From NCBI GenBank assembly GCA_951406725.2, contig OX597816.1:97402001-97466000 (forward strand): DNA of 64,000 bases. The letters run 5' to 3'. Source of the stretch: Octopus vulgaris. Its lineage: Eukaryota. Positions 1 through 15,383 of this stretch are shown piece after piece. A program made the translations under genes and the position numbers. Each line of letters begins with the position of its first letter. The first letter of the stretch is position 1. The notes under the pieces were generated by a model. That model was not told the origin of the DNA and did not search any database. It saw only the letters and a program-made list of their open reading frames with translations.

Positions 1-2011
1 ATGTGCATTTCTCACGAGAGTTGTACAAAAACAAGACAAGACATTTGTAGGAAGCTTTGTCCCGGACGATTGCGCTCTGCGAACAAGTCCCTCTATGGCT
101 TACATGAGTTGTAGACTTAATCCGTTGCCATATTTTACATCCTCACCTGGTCCCATACGTATATTTAGTAGATATCAGTCTGTACAACGGTAGATATCAG
201 TCTGCTTCGAATCTGAGCTTATTTTCCTTTCTCGATTCCGTCAGTACCGGTGGCTCTAATATTGGTAATAGGACTATCTTTCCTGTTGATTGAAAGAATT
301 CTAGTTGATTCTGTTTCTGTTTGATATGTGAGATGAGACGTACGATGAGCCATTCTTGTTATGTGTAATGATTATGTTCCTTGCTGTTGAAGGAGACACA
401 AATTGCATATTCCCACTGAAATATGTTTTCGATGTCTTTGCTCATGAAATTCGTATTGATTTGCTGTGATTTGTTTTGGCTGCATGTGAATAGCACTTGA
501 ATGTTGAAGCTTGGATTGAAATAAAGGAAGGTATCTTCGTACGAGTGGCGGTTGATAAATATGTCTGCAAGTACGACATAAATATATAAGAGGAGGTGAA
601 CGATGACATGTTTGCGCGCGTGTGTGTAGTAAAAATGTTATATAAGTACAGGGTCAAAAATAATCTTCGTAGAGCATCAACCTAGAAAATAATGTATGTT
701 GTCATTACGTATTCAAGGCGACATAAGAAAATACCAGAAGTATGTGAGGCTCCTTATTTTGGAGCTTTCAGCAGTTTGAATATCATGCGTAGATAGTGAG
801 CAATCATCCTGTGATATGTATCATCGTATTTTAGTGTTGTTTAATATTATATAATTGACCCCGATAACATTGAAGAAATCTCTAATTGAAAAGTAAAAGT
901 CCTGCGCTCCAGAAACATCGTAAAATTGTTTTCCCTATATATTTAACTTCAACTAACTTTAATTGTCATAAGGAAATACATTTGGGCGAAAATGTTTGTA
1001 CAGTTATTGTACTGGTAAATTTCAAATTTCCTGTGAGTTTAAACAATATTCATATTGCTACCTTTTACACTACATTCTATTAGCTTTCAAGTATGAACGA
1101 TTCATAAGCGCGCCTGAATATTTTCACTATACTGTGATACTTAAAACTTGCAATGTCATTAGTACTATCTAAAGAAAACACTGTGCAAACAGAAATGTAT
1201 CTACATAACGAATGTATAATAAAGAAATGCAACAATGTTAGCTCTATTTCAGATGTATGTCTGGAATTTGTGTATGATTCTATTACCATAAACAACATCA
1301 GCTGTAGAGTGTTTAACAGTTCTCAGAGCCAGTATTATTTCGTGTAAAATTTGATTTGCAAATCTCAATACACTTTACAAAATTATCTTTTACAGTACTG
1401 ATATAATCTACACCATAAATGTCAACATATTCGTTCACATTCTACTGCTGAATTGAAAGCCATCTTTGACGTTGTCACGGCGTAAATATTACTTTTATTC
1501 TGCATTTTGAAGAGACTTTAAATGTTATAGCCTACTCCTTGACACTTTTACAACGGTTATAACACCATATGTAAATCGAAAGAATGAGGATTTGTCAATG
1601 TTAGTATATTGTATTGAATTGTTTCCAGACTACATATTCACGAATTCTAGAAGGAAAGCTTACGAGGTATAAATTAATTATGATTTCAAACGATGCTATA
1701 AAGGCACATAATCTTTAGGAGATATTGAGTGGAGAACATCGCTATGAGCGTGTGGCTATTATTTCTTCACTGACAGAGATATCAAGGTTGATTTCTTATG
1801 ATTGTGAAACAAAAAGGTAATTGATTTTTTCCCTTTAGTTTCCAGTAAATTCCTGTAGAATATATATCGTTCTTAACACAGCGATATATCTTCATCTGTA
1901 AGAAGCAGGAAGGAGAGCACAACTATACACATTAGACGGCAGTTATCTCAAGATGTAATGTAATACACCTGATACATATTCATATACATACACATCTGTA
2001 TGTATATACGT

Positions 2012-2460
<449 letters not shown>

Positions 2461-3080
2461 TACACATTTACACACACACACACACGCGCATATCAGTGAC
2501 AGAGATACCAAGGTTGATTCCGTAGAAGTGTGAAACGAAGGTAAATGTTATTTTACCTTTCATGTCTCTATAGTTTCCAGTACATTCTTCACATACATAC
2601 TTCCATACATACACAAGTATCTTTCATAAGATTCTTGCAAAGTATTATAGGATGGCAAGTCCACAAAATGAGCTTAAATTCTCATGTCTTTCATTCTTTT
2701 AGAGACAATTTTGGACTTGGTGCTAAGTGCACCAGTTACTGCAGGTGTAATTGTTATTTAAACTTCTACAGGCCCCTCAGCTCTGTGGATTGATCCTGAT
2801 ATTTTCTTCATATATTTTCACTTTCTTTGGTATTCGACTCTGCTATCAGGGAATTTGAAAATCTATTCATATTTTCCATTGACCACTATAGTCATATCTG
2901 CCCTATTTGCTTCAATAGTACGGTTAATCATTAAGGTGAAGTTCTACAAGATCTTATAATTCTCCTTTTTTATCACAGTCTCAGCTTCGTTTTCTTACCA
3001 CTTTTTGTTAGTTTGAAACAACACTCTCTGTTAATATCCTAATAATAATAATAAAAATAAAAATAATAATGATTATTATT

Positions 3081-4830
3081 CTGTAGTCTTGTCTTTATCA
3101 CGTACTTTCACTGCACAACCGAGCGCATCTCTGTGTGCCTTGGGTATGTGCTGTGGGTTGTTGTAGTGCTCTTATTTTTCCTGCATTGAAAGTCTGTTAC
3201 GCAGAATGTGTGCGGTACCTACACTCTATTGCAGATGTGCCACAGCGGAGGCACTAGCTAATTCCTAAGATTGACCTTCCAGTTCGTGGCCAGAGCTTGG
3301 TCTTGCGCTGCCAGTAAATAACTCTTGGTCTCTGTTTTTCCCAGCAACTTTTGTTGCGGCTGCATGGAATTGATTGTGTAGTCCCTTCTTGCGTAATTTT
3401 TCTTCATGTCCTTTTTTGACTTCTTCCTTTCTCTTTCCTTTTCTCTCTGCCCACATTCCTAACTGTCACTAGCAAGGTTTCCTTATTTTGGGCTAGGTAT
3501 TCCATTAAGCTCTCGAGTTCGTTACGCACGCATTCTTCCACACTTATTAGTCCCCTTCTTCCATTTGCTCTATTCATGTATAGGCGATCAGTGTCATGCG
3601 TGGACGATGGCCACTAGGCATAGTTAGAAGTTTTACTGATTTCCTGTCCATCTCCTTTAGTTTCTTCTCAATCCAATTCAGAATTCTAGCACCATATTGA
3701 ACTACTGCGACTGCGCGCGAGTTTATTGCCGAAATTATGTTATTGGTATTTAGCTTTGAAGCTAAAATTTTCCTCACTCGCTGCAGGTACTCTATTTTTG
3801 TTTTTTCCATCATGTCGTTATGTTTGATTCCATTTGCCTCAAGCATTCCCAGGTATTCATAGCTGGATTGAGGTTGAATTGCCTTCATCATTTCACTACG
3901 TGACAACCATATGTGTTCTGATCTGAAAAGCTTTCCTCGTCTCATAACAATCGTAGCACATTTTGATAGTCCAAACTTCATCTTAATATTATTGGAGAAA
4001 ATGTGCACAGACTGGACTAGGCTGTCCAGTTCTGTTGCGCTATCCTTTCATGGAACACTTTCAACTTCTTCATCTAATAACCTTGAACCTCATCCTGTCC
4101 TTGGCTCTTCCTATTTAGGAACATTTTTGACTGCATTTTTATCATTTCTGTAGTTATCTTTGTCTTCTTGGCCTTCTATATTTCTTAACCTATCTTGGAC
4201 TTCATGCAGCCACTCCGCTTATCATTATGCTCTGCAGCTTGCTCCCAGATCCCTCTCCACAATACCCTACTTCCCTCTGCATCTAGTATCATTGTTATGT
4301 GTAATTGCCCATCTAGTGCGTAAAACCGTGTCTTTGGATTTTGCTTCAAACAAGCTGTTTTGCCTGAATCGTTTTGTTTTATTGTCATATCTTTCCAATT
4401 TTTCTTTGATTGTTACTACTTCTTTGTTTCAATTCTTCTAATATCACATCATACTCTTTATCTTTTATTCTATATGTTATTTCCAGCATTATTCTTATGC
4501 TTTCTTTCTGCAATTCCCCTCTATTCAATCTATCAACTTGTCCTAAATGTCTTTCTGACTTTGTTTCTCACAAATTAATCTACGCCTGAATGGTTCTTTA
4601 CGTTCTGTTTGTTCTCTTCTTTTCTATCCAACTCAATCTGCAACAACTACACTGGCAGCTCAAATAATCTTGTAGGTTTCAGTTATATTTCTCGTCTAGA
4701 ATAGTCCAAGGATCGATTCTATCTTTCCGGTTTCAACTTTGAGCTTACCTCGATCAATGTACCTCAGATTGGGGGATGATTGAGCCCTGTCTTCTCTAAT
4801 CTATCGACTCAGAATCCTCACTATATCTTG
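3081..4830 (-). mobile_element. Decayed, internally deleted R4/Dong-like non-LTR element
   Basis: ORF 3574-4008 (IKMKFGLSKCA, YEYLG, EYLQRVRKIL, INSRAVAVVQYG) is homologous to the 52.5-52.9 kb segment; RT core is missing near 4035; 3081-3235 resembles the 3' end and UTR of the 54 kb copy. Confidence 0.8.
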
Positions 4831-4834
4831 TTGG

Positions 4835-4878
<44 letters not shown>

Positions 4879-4934
4879 GACATCATTCATTATTATTTTT
4901 GTTATTATTATTATTAATACTATTATTATTATTA

Positions 4935-5120
4935 TTCACTGTTTTTTTTTATATCGTGCTTCACTTCACTACCGAGCGCAGCTCTGTGTGCCTTGGGTAT
5001 GTGCTGTGTTTTGTTATGATGCTCTGATGGCTACTGTATTTTTTGCGTAGGATGTGGGCAGTGCCCAGTAGTGCGATTTTCTGTTTGTTACGTGTTTGTA
5101 AGTCCTGGTGTTTTTGTCAT
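4935..5120 (-). mobile_element. 3' terminal fragment of the R4/Dong family in a (TTA)n array
   Basis: Reverse complement matches about 53915-54108 (acaaaaacaccaggacttacaaacac ... gcatacccaaggcacacagagctgcgctcggtagtgaagtgaagcacg). Confidence 0.9.
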
Positions 5121-5223
<103 letters not shown>

Positions 5224-5237
5224 CATTATTATTATCA

Positions 5238-5508
<271 letters not shown>

Positions 5509-5625
5509 GTTGTGTACTAGTGTCGATCTAATCGATTGGCACCCTCCCATCAAATTTCGGGCTTTGTGCCTAGAGTAGAAAGGATTCTTCTTCTTCTTCT
5601 TCTTCTTCTTCTTCTTCTTCTTCTT

Positions 5626-5705
<80 letters not shown>

Positions 5706-5769
5706 CTAGTTAACAAATTTCAACAATAAAGTACTTCCAAAATAGGGAGTTTTATACAGGGCCAATCAA

Positions 5770-6700
5770 GGGACTCTACACATCCTAATTACCCCAACTC
5801 CTCTGGCAGTCAAGTATATGTTCTAGGAGGCCATCCTTGGCATAAATGCAAAGTCAGACCATTCAGTTCCGGAGACTTCTTCCTTGTGCAGTTCGTCATC
5901 GCATCCGTATGTCTTCGGCTGTTATCGGTATGACGCAAAATTTTACATCCCTTGTCGAAAAGCGCATCATACATCTGAAGTGAAATCCACGTCTGTTCCC
6001 GACTCACCGTGCGCTCCGTACTGTTTTGCAAAGTATCGCTGAAATTCCACGGGCATCTGGTAGGGTTCGTGTAGCATGCATCCTTCCTGGCCCATCAAAG
6101 ACCGAATTGTGGATTTGTTGCCCGTTGAACCTCTGCCACCCAGGCCCATCGAACTCTTCCTACCTCTGAGAATGCAACTTGCTTGCTTGGTATTGATGTA
6201 ATGACTCAGAGCCAATCTCGCCGCCAGTACATCAGTGGATATGAGACTTCTAAGTGCCTCTTTTAGCTTTCTTAGTAGATTTCCCGCAATGCTAGATTTC
6301 TCTAACGCTATTTCTTTATTAAACTCTACCGCCTTTACTCTAATAGCCCTTTTCAGAGATATATACTATCGATTGTTGACGATTGCACCCGACATCGTCC
6401 GATGGACTAACTTGCTAATCCGGTCTCTGAATGTTTGACGCGCCAGATAAGACGAATTCAGCTCCCAGTATCAGAGACTTGCCTATGGATCCTATCTGTA
6501 TCGGCTGTACAGATCACAAAATTGTGGTCTGTGTAGCCGACGACTTTAAATTGTGGACAACTTATGCTACTTCTATCTGCGGGCCTACAAATACTCTGGT
6601 TAGATACATTCTAATAGAATCGCGTCTGTTATCCCATGTTCACACTCGTGCATTCGGGAAACCCAGTCGGTACCTGCCAGCCAATTCAAAGTGAGGTTTT
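5770..6700 (-). mobile_element. Decayed L1/Tx1-type LINE ORF2 fragment (APE end to RT start)
   Basis: Minus-strand pieces TWDN..RMYLTRVF, GYTDHNFV, YWELNSSYL, NKSTIRSL..G, KKSPELNGL resemble the L1/Tx1 motifs YLDR, SDH, YWKLN and KSPGLDG. Confidence 0.7.
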
Positions 6701-6845
6701 TGCACCCTATCAACTAACTTAACCATATCCAGCCTTGCAATCACCCACTAGAACTAAAAAGCGAGTCGTCCCAAGGCAAACCTCAACACGTGTGGAGAAA
6801 TCTAGCTGCCTGGCCCAAGTTGAGGTTTACAAAGCAATTCAAAGA

Positions 6846-7370
6846 CAAAGAGATACAGGCGGACATTGTCATTTGCTGGAAGATATTTCAAGCCGATGTA
6901 AGATGAAAAATTTCCAGGCAGCTGGTCTGGACTTAGTCCAAGGTTTCTCTGTTCAAGGTTTTTAACGAATTTACATACTAAACTAAAAAATCTCCTGCAG
7001 GGCTATGTGCACCAAGACATTGTAGCAAAATGATGACCAAAGGAAGAACAATATTGATTCAGAAAGACCAAACCAAGGGTGCCGTGGCCAGTTGTTATTG
7101 TCAGATTGCTTGCTTACCTACATTGTAGAAGTTTCTAACTTTGATAATAAGACTTAGATCTTCCTGCAGACAAGAATATTGTGTAGACAGAGAACGAGAA
7201 ACTCGGGAGTTACCAGGTTTGGGATTGGAAGTGAACAGAATCCGTAGAGCCATAAAAATGATCGGTACTCTTGGGACCATCTTAGACAGAGGGAGCAATA
7301 TTCTAGCATCAAAAACTGCAGATACGAAGTATTCGAAGGAAGTATTCAGTTGGTAGCCATACTTGGAACT
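6846..7370 (+). mobile_element. Internally deleted, decayed R4-like element fragment
   Basis: KMKNFQAAGLDLVQGF and MTKGRTILIQKDQTKG (pre-RT region), followed by LGLEVNRI..IGTLGTI (RLE C-terminus). Confidence 0.7.
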
Positions 7371-8113
7371 GGTCATGTGCTGAAGAAAGTGTTGAATCTC
7401 TTAGCTGCGAGATAGTACTGAGATTCGATATAGATAAATCAGAAGTTAAGTGAATTAATGAATAATGATAATGTTTTATAGCATTTTCAAAAGAGAGACA
7501 GTTTGAAAGAATGCTGTAGAAAGTTGACTTGATTTCATTGCTTAACACCAATTTATTATTTTATTGACCTGGAAGAAGCAAATGGAACATTGTTCTGGAG
7601 GGTTTTCAGCTCATTATAAAGGGATGTAATTGAATGCCGTAAGACATTTTGTCGTTTCTGTCTTTCACCGTCTTTTACAATGATGTTAATGATTTGTAAG
7701 TAAGGCAGGATGCCGCAAGTTTAAAGTGAAATTTAAGATGATTTATTTAACCCCAGTAATTGATTTATTATTATTTTAATGATCCTCGAAGGACGATAGT
7801 GAAATTGTATTTCGAACATTTCCTAGACAGTTACATTACTTTAATTATACTCATTCACGAACACAATATGTATGTCCAGCGACGACGAACACTGACCAGA
7901 AAAATTTATAGGCTTTCCAAGATAGGTAAGATCAATGCATTTCATATTCAGCCAAATGTTCTACAACTTCAAGTCAGTTAAGGAAAACAGATAAAGACGG
8001 TACAGATCTAGCGACAAAGGTTAGCTCGAAATGCGCGCCTGTTGTTTTTGATAAAACAAATTAAGAAGGAGAAATGAAAAGGAAAGCGAAGTGTGCGTGC
8101 CTGCCCATGTGTG

Positions 8114-8953
8114 CGAAGTGGTATCAAAAGGTGCCCGGACTAATGTCTAATAACAAATAATTTATTTACCTAAGTTTTGACATTAAATTGATCCCAGCGT
8201 TCCTGCTGCTTTCGAAATCTGGCCTGGACGTTATTTCCTGTGAGTCGAGGACTTTCTGCGATTAGCTATTGATTTCGTGTTAAAACGGCGACCTTTGAGC
8301 TGCATTTTCTTCTTAGGAAAGAGATGGAAGTCCTCAGGTGCAAAATCTGACGAATAGGATGGGTGCGGAAGCTATGCTATTTTGTTTTTGGCAAGAAATG
8401 AACGAGGGAGGAGAGCTCGATGACAGGGTACATAGTCGTAGTAAATAATTCATTACTTCGTACTCCACAGATCATGTCGCTTACGCCGAATGTTCTCCCC
8501 GAAACGCTTCAAAACATCGCAGTACGACGCTTGGTTCTGGGAAAGAATTCTTGATGCACAATTCCACATTTCTGTCGGGCAGGTGGAATAGTCGTGGCAG
8601 GTCTTCCAGATGGCTAATCGCCATCCAGGGACGTTCTTCCGCCTTTGAAGCACCCGTGCTACTCGAAACTTTGTGTGCGACCCATTCTTACGTCTATGTA
8701 AAATTGCTGAATCATGCTCAATGTCTCTGTAGCAGACTTGCCAAATGTAATGCAAACTTTCACTTTCGCTCTTTGGTCCAATTTCCTATCTAGGGCAAAA
8801 TCGCAGACTACAGCATATACAACTTGCGAAATAAACTCAGCGATGCCACTCGGCACATGAGGGTCATACTAGTTCTCATTGAATACGCAACTCAGTGCTG
8901 ATATCTATTTGTGAGCTACAGAAGTAGACTAGGGAAGTTTTGGTACCACCTTG
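8114..8953 (-). mobile_element. Decayed, internally deleted mariner transposon with degenerate TIRs
   Basis: N-terminus DQRAKVKVCITFGKSATETLSM (ORF 8659-8856); C-terminus PHPSYSSDFAPEDFHLFPK; imperfect TIRs at 8114-8142 and 8925-8953. Confidence 0.85.
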
Positions 8954-9769
8954 AATAAGTATGCGCACGCGAGTAAATGTGAGAGGACGAAGCAAAGTTT
9001 TGAAGAGGATTAGAAAACACAGAACCGTGAAATGTGCGATGATAGGTGTTCAGGGCAATTCGATAGGTATTTTATTTGTTTCCGCTTCATACTGAAGTTT
9101 ATAATGTGCATTAAATATGTTAGAAGCTAATGGATTCATAATTTGATTTATGAGGATATTTCTTAGATGAAATATGAAACAGGTTTGGCGTATGTTGCAT
9201 ACTAAACTCCAGTCTAAACATTGTGTAATATCTATATTGAAAACTGAGACTATCGTTCTTATAATAAGCGACTAGCAATTAAACGTGTGGAGATGAAATG
9301 ACAGTTAAAGCATCACAATGAATACATTTAATTTCCTGTTTTGAGAAGAGCAATTGGCAGATGCTCAGACGACATTCTACAATCAGTTAATCAAACAAGC
9401 AATCCATATATATCTCATGTGACTAGTTCTTTAATGGCTTAGTCAAGACGGAACGAGCGATACCCATTAGCATCTTCCTGACTTCCATGACTGATAGGAA
9501 GTAGATTTCCTCATGTAGGAGACAAACAGAAAGCTTGTAAAAGATTGGTAACATTAAGGCTGGAAAGGGATAGTCAACGAGTTGCTACTGGGTTGACAAT
9601 GAAGAAATGATGCTACAGCTGTATAATCTTGCATATAATAATTTCAAAACTTATTATCAGTTTCAACACTCATTAGAAACTGCATTGTTTGTTTCCAGGT
9701 AAAGTGGCATATGACTGTTCAAAGAAGACTTCAAAGTAGCTAGTAGCGGCTTCTCTTCACAATCTACAG

Positions 9770-10751
9770 AATTTGGTTTCGTGGTGTTATCAAGTACCTG
9801 CAGAAAAAGGTTTTAACCCTCAACAACATTCATTTTGCCATGACTACTACAAAAGGGTATGATGCACCATCTTTATAAATACGGCAAAATTGTACAGCTG
9901 GATTTAGAAGGGGAAGTGGGGAGTCTGGAAGTGACCCAAGTTCTGGAGGCCCTACAACAGCCATAACCGAGGAAAATATTGATCATGTACACCACATAGT
10001 GATGGATGACTAGCGATTTTCTATAGATCATATAGCCAAAACAATGCTATTAGCATATCTCGTGAGAGTTGAGAATATTTTGTACAATAAACTTGGTATG
10101 ACGAATGTTTCTATACGATGGATGTCACTCTGCTGACATCTGATAAAAAGCGCACCAAAAAATATGACATTGAAGCAGATCCAGCTGCTGGTTTCCTTGA
10201 ACGTTTCCTAAGACAGGATTAGTGTTTGCTTCATCACTTTGGGCCAGAGAAAAAGAAACAATCTATACAGTGGAAATACCCCCTCCTCATCTGCTCCAAA
10301 AAAGGCCAATGTATTTTTATCTGCAGGGATGAAAATGGCATTGTACATGTTAATTATCCTCAAAAGGTCCACACCCTCAATGGAGAGTACTATACCAACT
10401 TGCTGATGTATTTGCTTCATCAGGACGATTCCCAAGCAAACAGGTCTTTGCTTTCGATGGATGCAGTACGTGACTGTGGCTTTGACCTGGTTGACCTGCT
10501 TCCCTACTCTCCTGATTTGTCTCTCTCTGACTATTATCTGTTCCCTAAAATGGAGAAAAAACAAATACTTGGCTGGGAGCGATTACGTCATATCTGGTGT
10601 TAATGATTTTTTTAACATGATGATAGCTTCTTCACCAATTGGATCTAATATGGAAGAAGTATGTGGACTGAAAGGTAGAGTATGTTGAATAATAAACTTC
10701 ATTTGGTCACAATTCATGTTCAGCCTATGAACCTCTCAGCCAACCCTCGTA
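9770..10751 (+). mobile_element. Decayed mariner transposon (second family)
   Basis: RGVIKYLQKK start, HHFGPEKKKQSIQWK, LPYSPDLSLSDYYLFPKM (YSPDLAP.D motif); right TIR-like end cagcctatgaacctctcagccaaccctcg followed by TA. Confidence 0.85.
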
Positions 10752-12747
10752 AGACAACATACTATGTGATACGTACATCCACTATATTTGATATTCAAAA
10801 CTGGTATGGTAAGTACACATTTAGACGAACTTGTTTATATATATATAATGCATAATGCGTAGGCTGGTGTAGCACTTACCTCATATTTAGACATAGAAAA
10901 CAGTCAACAACACATAACTCTGTGTGATAAATATCTTACAATACGTTAAATAAACGTATTGTAATATCACCTGCTATGTTATACAAACAATTTTATCTTA
11001 ATAAATATTTCCAGTTATCCTCCATTTTAATCAAATTTATATCTTTAACAGGTGATGTACTTTCACTGTGATAGCTTTAGGCTTGTCTCTTCCTTTGGAA
11101 CATAATATCAATATTTACTGAATGAAATTATTATACCTCCCTCGTGTGTCTTTGTTTTTAAGTCATATATAACTCATATATTTAATTCGTTTCAACCATT
11201 TCAACAACTAATTTTCTCTCTCATTCCCACTCTAACTTTCTCTCTCTCCCTCCTTCCTTCTCTTTCTCCTTCTCTCTCTCCCACTCTTCCTTCCTCTCTG
11301 TCTCCCTATCTGTCTGTGTCTCTTATACACACACTGACTCACAATTGTCAATTGGACAACGAAATAAGTAACCTACTCAAGTATTTATATCTCTTAGTAG
11401 GCATTCTTTTGTTAAGATAGGATGCTCGTTTCAGTTTACACAGGTCTTTTGTAAAAATTGCCTATAACTATCGATAGCAATATCTAGGAAGTTGACCCAA
11501 AGCTGAGTAGTGGTTCTTTGAAGATATTATGGCCCCTGAAAGAATGGCCACATTCGCTTATTCCTTTTGTTAAGTTTACTGCAGAAAGATCCATGCAAAT
11601 AGCAATATCATGATGAATGAGTCGTATCAAAATTTACTTCCGATTAAACAATAATATTATATACATGTGTATGTGTACATAACTAATATTACACGTATAT
11701 CGATGTAACTGATATTTTACAATGATTACTTCTCGATGAAACTCCGTATGCACTTCTATAAAATTATGTGCATCTGTAAATATTTAATATTTAGCATAAA
11801 GATTAAAACAAAATTTCAGTTTCATATTAAAAATGATGTAGATCTATCTGATTTTGTGAAAATATTTTTCTAGTTGCGTGATTTTTCTGTTGCACATATT
11901 TGGCATATTACTAAATTTTAGAACCACAATAGAAAAATGTTATTGCGTTCAAACGTTTTCTTTTTTTAGATTTTTTTTCTTAGTTTAGGAGATTTCATAT
12001 TTCTATCTTTTATCCTCATTGATGTATATGTTTGAAATATTTTTATTTAATCTAATCAGTCATTTTATTCCATGTTTTCCTTTACAATTCTAAGTAATAA
12101 CATTTCATTTATATCTATTTAAAATAATAAATATTTTAATATCGCTGCTGCTGCTGCTATTAATAACGTGATCAATGAAAAATAAAAATTATCAAGTAAT
12201 TCACCAATTTGTTTCTGAAGTTTATTGTTAGATATATTTCAGCTTGTCGATAAGCATCGCAATAACAAACAGAACTGAACAAAAGTAGGATTATGTATTG
12301 GTTCTTCGACAGGAGGGGTCAACGTTATAATGTGAAATTGTGCACTTCAAGACAACCAGATGGACCGGCCATGCTAAAAAGCAATGTTGTTCAATTCTCA
12401 ACATTAATTTACAACCACCTATGTGGTTCATTTTTCCATATCAAATTCATCTCTGCCACCTTAGCTATCAGAAAATTACCCGAGAGGTAGCAATTCCATT
12501 TCTACCTACACATTTTACATCAGGTGGTACTCGAATAAATTAAATAGATCTTGCCCTGTGATAGAAAGCTTTTTTCAAACATTCTTTGAAATGCATTAAG
12601 CATGTATATTATTTTGCCATAGCTACCTGACAAAGGAAGACTACTTGCTCTATTTTACCAAAGGGAGTCGGGGTTTGATTTTTCCCGTAGAATGTGTCTA
12701 ACAGAAGAATCACTCCTTCCTTGACGAGAGTTATTCAAATACAAATA

Positions 12748-12888
12748 GCTGCCAAACTAGGATTGAAAGTCAACCGCTACAAATCAAAACTATGCGCGTT
12801 AATGAAGAAAACAGCGAACGTATTAAACTAGAAACCGGTGACTAGGGGATGTAGCCGAGTTTACGTATTTAGGTAGTAAGATAACGTT
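12748..12888 (+). mobile_element. Short LINE (RTE-like) RT C-terminal fragment
   Basis: AAKLGLKVNRYKSK ... DVAEFTYLGSKIT matches the RT domain 6-7 pattern GL.IN..K.K...F.YLGS. Confidence 0.6.
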
Positions 12889-13489
12889 TTTTCCAACTCA
12901 TATCCGGTAATTTTGCCTTGACTCGAATTTACCGTTGGATAGTTTCTTGTCCATTTCAGAACTGCATATATTCCGTAGAGAGTACATAATAGATACGAAG
13001 CGGCGAGTTGAGACTTATTCATATCCCAAACTTTTTATTAAAATGTTTTCTACAGCACATTGTTCTTTATGCAATTATGCGTCCTAGTCGCCGCAGTTTC
13101 ATCAAGGGTCCATCTCTTGCGATGTTTTCAAAGTGAGCTAATTCAAACAAGCACACTGTGTTGGTATTCAGTTGAAGGTGATAGCGTCACTTTTCAAATC
13201 CAATGGAATTGTGGTCTTATAATCACCTCTACTGGTATTACAGCTGAAGCGTAATTTTAAAATGTTTATTCAGATTACAATTAACTAACAGTTTCCGTTT
13301 ACTTTTTGCTGCATGGAATACATTATTTATTCATATGTATTTCACTTATTTGGGGCTTTTATCCTTTGTGACCTTTGTGTGGAAGAAATGTACCAAATTC
13401 TCACTGGACAGGAACAGGCTCTAAGATGTCCGCATTTGAGTAAATATACATTCATAAAACTTAAATAAACACAACCTATCATCAACTCG

Positions 13490-13595
13490 AGACTATAGTA
13501 AATGATACGTGCCCTAGGTGCCACGCAGTGGGACTGAGCCAGGCACCATGTAGTTGGGAAGAAATCTTTTTACCACAAAATTACGCCTGCGCCTA
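13490..13595 (-). mobile_element. SINE family A 5' fragment
   Basis: Reverse complement of the 2012-2110 head. Confidence 0.65.
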
Positions 13596-13613
13596 TATAT
13601 TTATATATACATA

Positions 13614-13691
<78 letters not shown>

Positions 13692-14817
13692 GAAGCAAGC
13701 AGAGGAACAGATATGAGGATAAAGAATAGAAGGGATAGAGAGAGATTGTAAAACCAAAGATAGAGAAGACTGGTGTGTTTGTGTTGGTTTGCATTCATTG
13801 TACAATAGACATGGATCTGGTGTTTAAATCCTTCTTATGAGTTCATCGCATTTCCTTTCAGTTCCAATATGACTGAAGGCTAATTTTCGCAATCAAAATC
13901 TTTCAATCAGAGTTTTAATTAGAACTGAAGGATCGTTATTCGATCAATTGCATGAATGATAACAAACATGCGAAACGATAAATACCTCTCTATGTGCATA
14001 AGTATACATTGAGGAAACGAGCGCACGTATTAATGCCTTAAAATCCATGGATTCTCCAAATCATATTCGTTGTATTCATCATCCTACGGATGAGGAATAC
14101 AACAACTAAAGAATGAAGCTTGTGGAAACGTACGTAGTAATACCTTAATGGATTTATGACTTTCCGTCCAAAAGTCCTTATTCACACACACACGCACACA
14201 CATACGCAGACATACGCATACACACACACACAAACACACACACATATATGTTTACATATATATGTTTAGTAGTAGCATGTATGACTCAAGGACCGAGAGT
14301 TTCTTCCGTTAGTACTATACTCATGTTTCGGTTTCTATTTTGCCTGTCTGCATCTCCATACCTTCCTCTGCCTACCCGTTCTCTCTCTCTTCCTTTCTCT
14401 CTTCTCTCTCTCTCTGTCTCTCTCTCTCTCTCTCGCTCACTGTATGTGTGTATACACACGCACACACAAAGATAGACAGGCATACGCGCACGTACTCAGT
14501 TACTGCCGCACACACACACGCACACACATACACACACACACACACACACGTACGGTATCACGCACACATACCACTACCACAATATGCACGCACACACTCA
14601 GTTACTTCCACACACGCTACATTATACACACACGCGTTATCACACACACATGCTATCACGCACACACAGATACCAACCTTTCTTTACACTCTTTTGTCTT
14701 AGAAAGCACTTTCTCTTTGTCATTCTACTTCCAGTAATTTCAAAATGTAAGTTCATGTGGATTGTTGGCCATTTGTTTCATCCGTCTTCTCCTTTCTTTG
14801 GACTTTCTCCTGTCTTC

Positions 14818-14854
14818 TGTTTCTGACGAAGAGTTTTGATCGAAACGTAAAACA
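14818..14854 (+). ncRNA. Minimal type-I hammerhead ribozyme motif (weak stem II)
   Basis: tgttt CTGACGA agagttttgatc GAAA cg TA aaaca. Confidence 0.7.
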
Positions 14855-14968
14855 TCCTTTCTTTCCTTCCTTGAGCGTCTTATTAATACTTTGCGTGTAC
14901 CTCGGCCTTGACGTGTATTTGTACTGTTGTCTTTTTCGTCCGTTCTTTCCTTTGGTAAATTGTATATA

Positions 14969-15352
14969 TCTCTCTATATATAAACGGCAGTTTGTCTGTG
15001 TGTGTGTCTGTGTGTCTGTCAGGTTGTACCCTCACCCTGACTACGGCTTTCAACCGATTCTGATGAAACTTGACACACTCATAGCCCAATGTCATAATTC
15101 AAAACTAACGCAGCCAAAATTTTGAAAAGTTCCCCCAGTTCTGAAAAAAATCGATAAATTCGGCATGGGGTCGAGAATCAGAAACACAAACCACAGACTG
15201 CCTAGGGGACGCAACTCGACCCTTTTAACTCTCAAAAAAAAATTTACCATAATTTGTTTTCCATTTTTTTGCTTTTTTTGGCTATAACTCTCTAAAAATG
15301 CTTTATAGTTATTTCCCTTACAAACCCGAGCAACGCCGGGCGATACTGCTAG
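14969..15352 (+). mobile_element. Non-autonomous Helitron-like element
   Basis: 5' A|TC, subterminal GC hairpin cccgagcaacgccggg (15325-15340), 3' CTAG|T; no TSD. Confidence 0.8.

Positions 15353-15383
<31 letters not shown>

Noticed and set aside
442-657. ORF with faint RT-like SYIFMSYL
   Set aside because: No further motifs to support a call
15059-15072. CTGATGA followed by AAC (similar at about 26591 and 46183)
   Set aside because: No stem II, separate GAAA or stem I; not hammerheads
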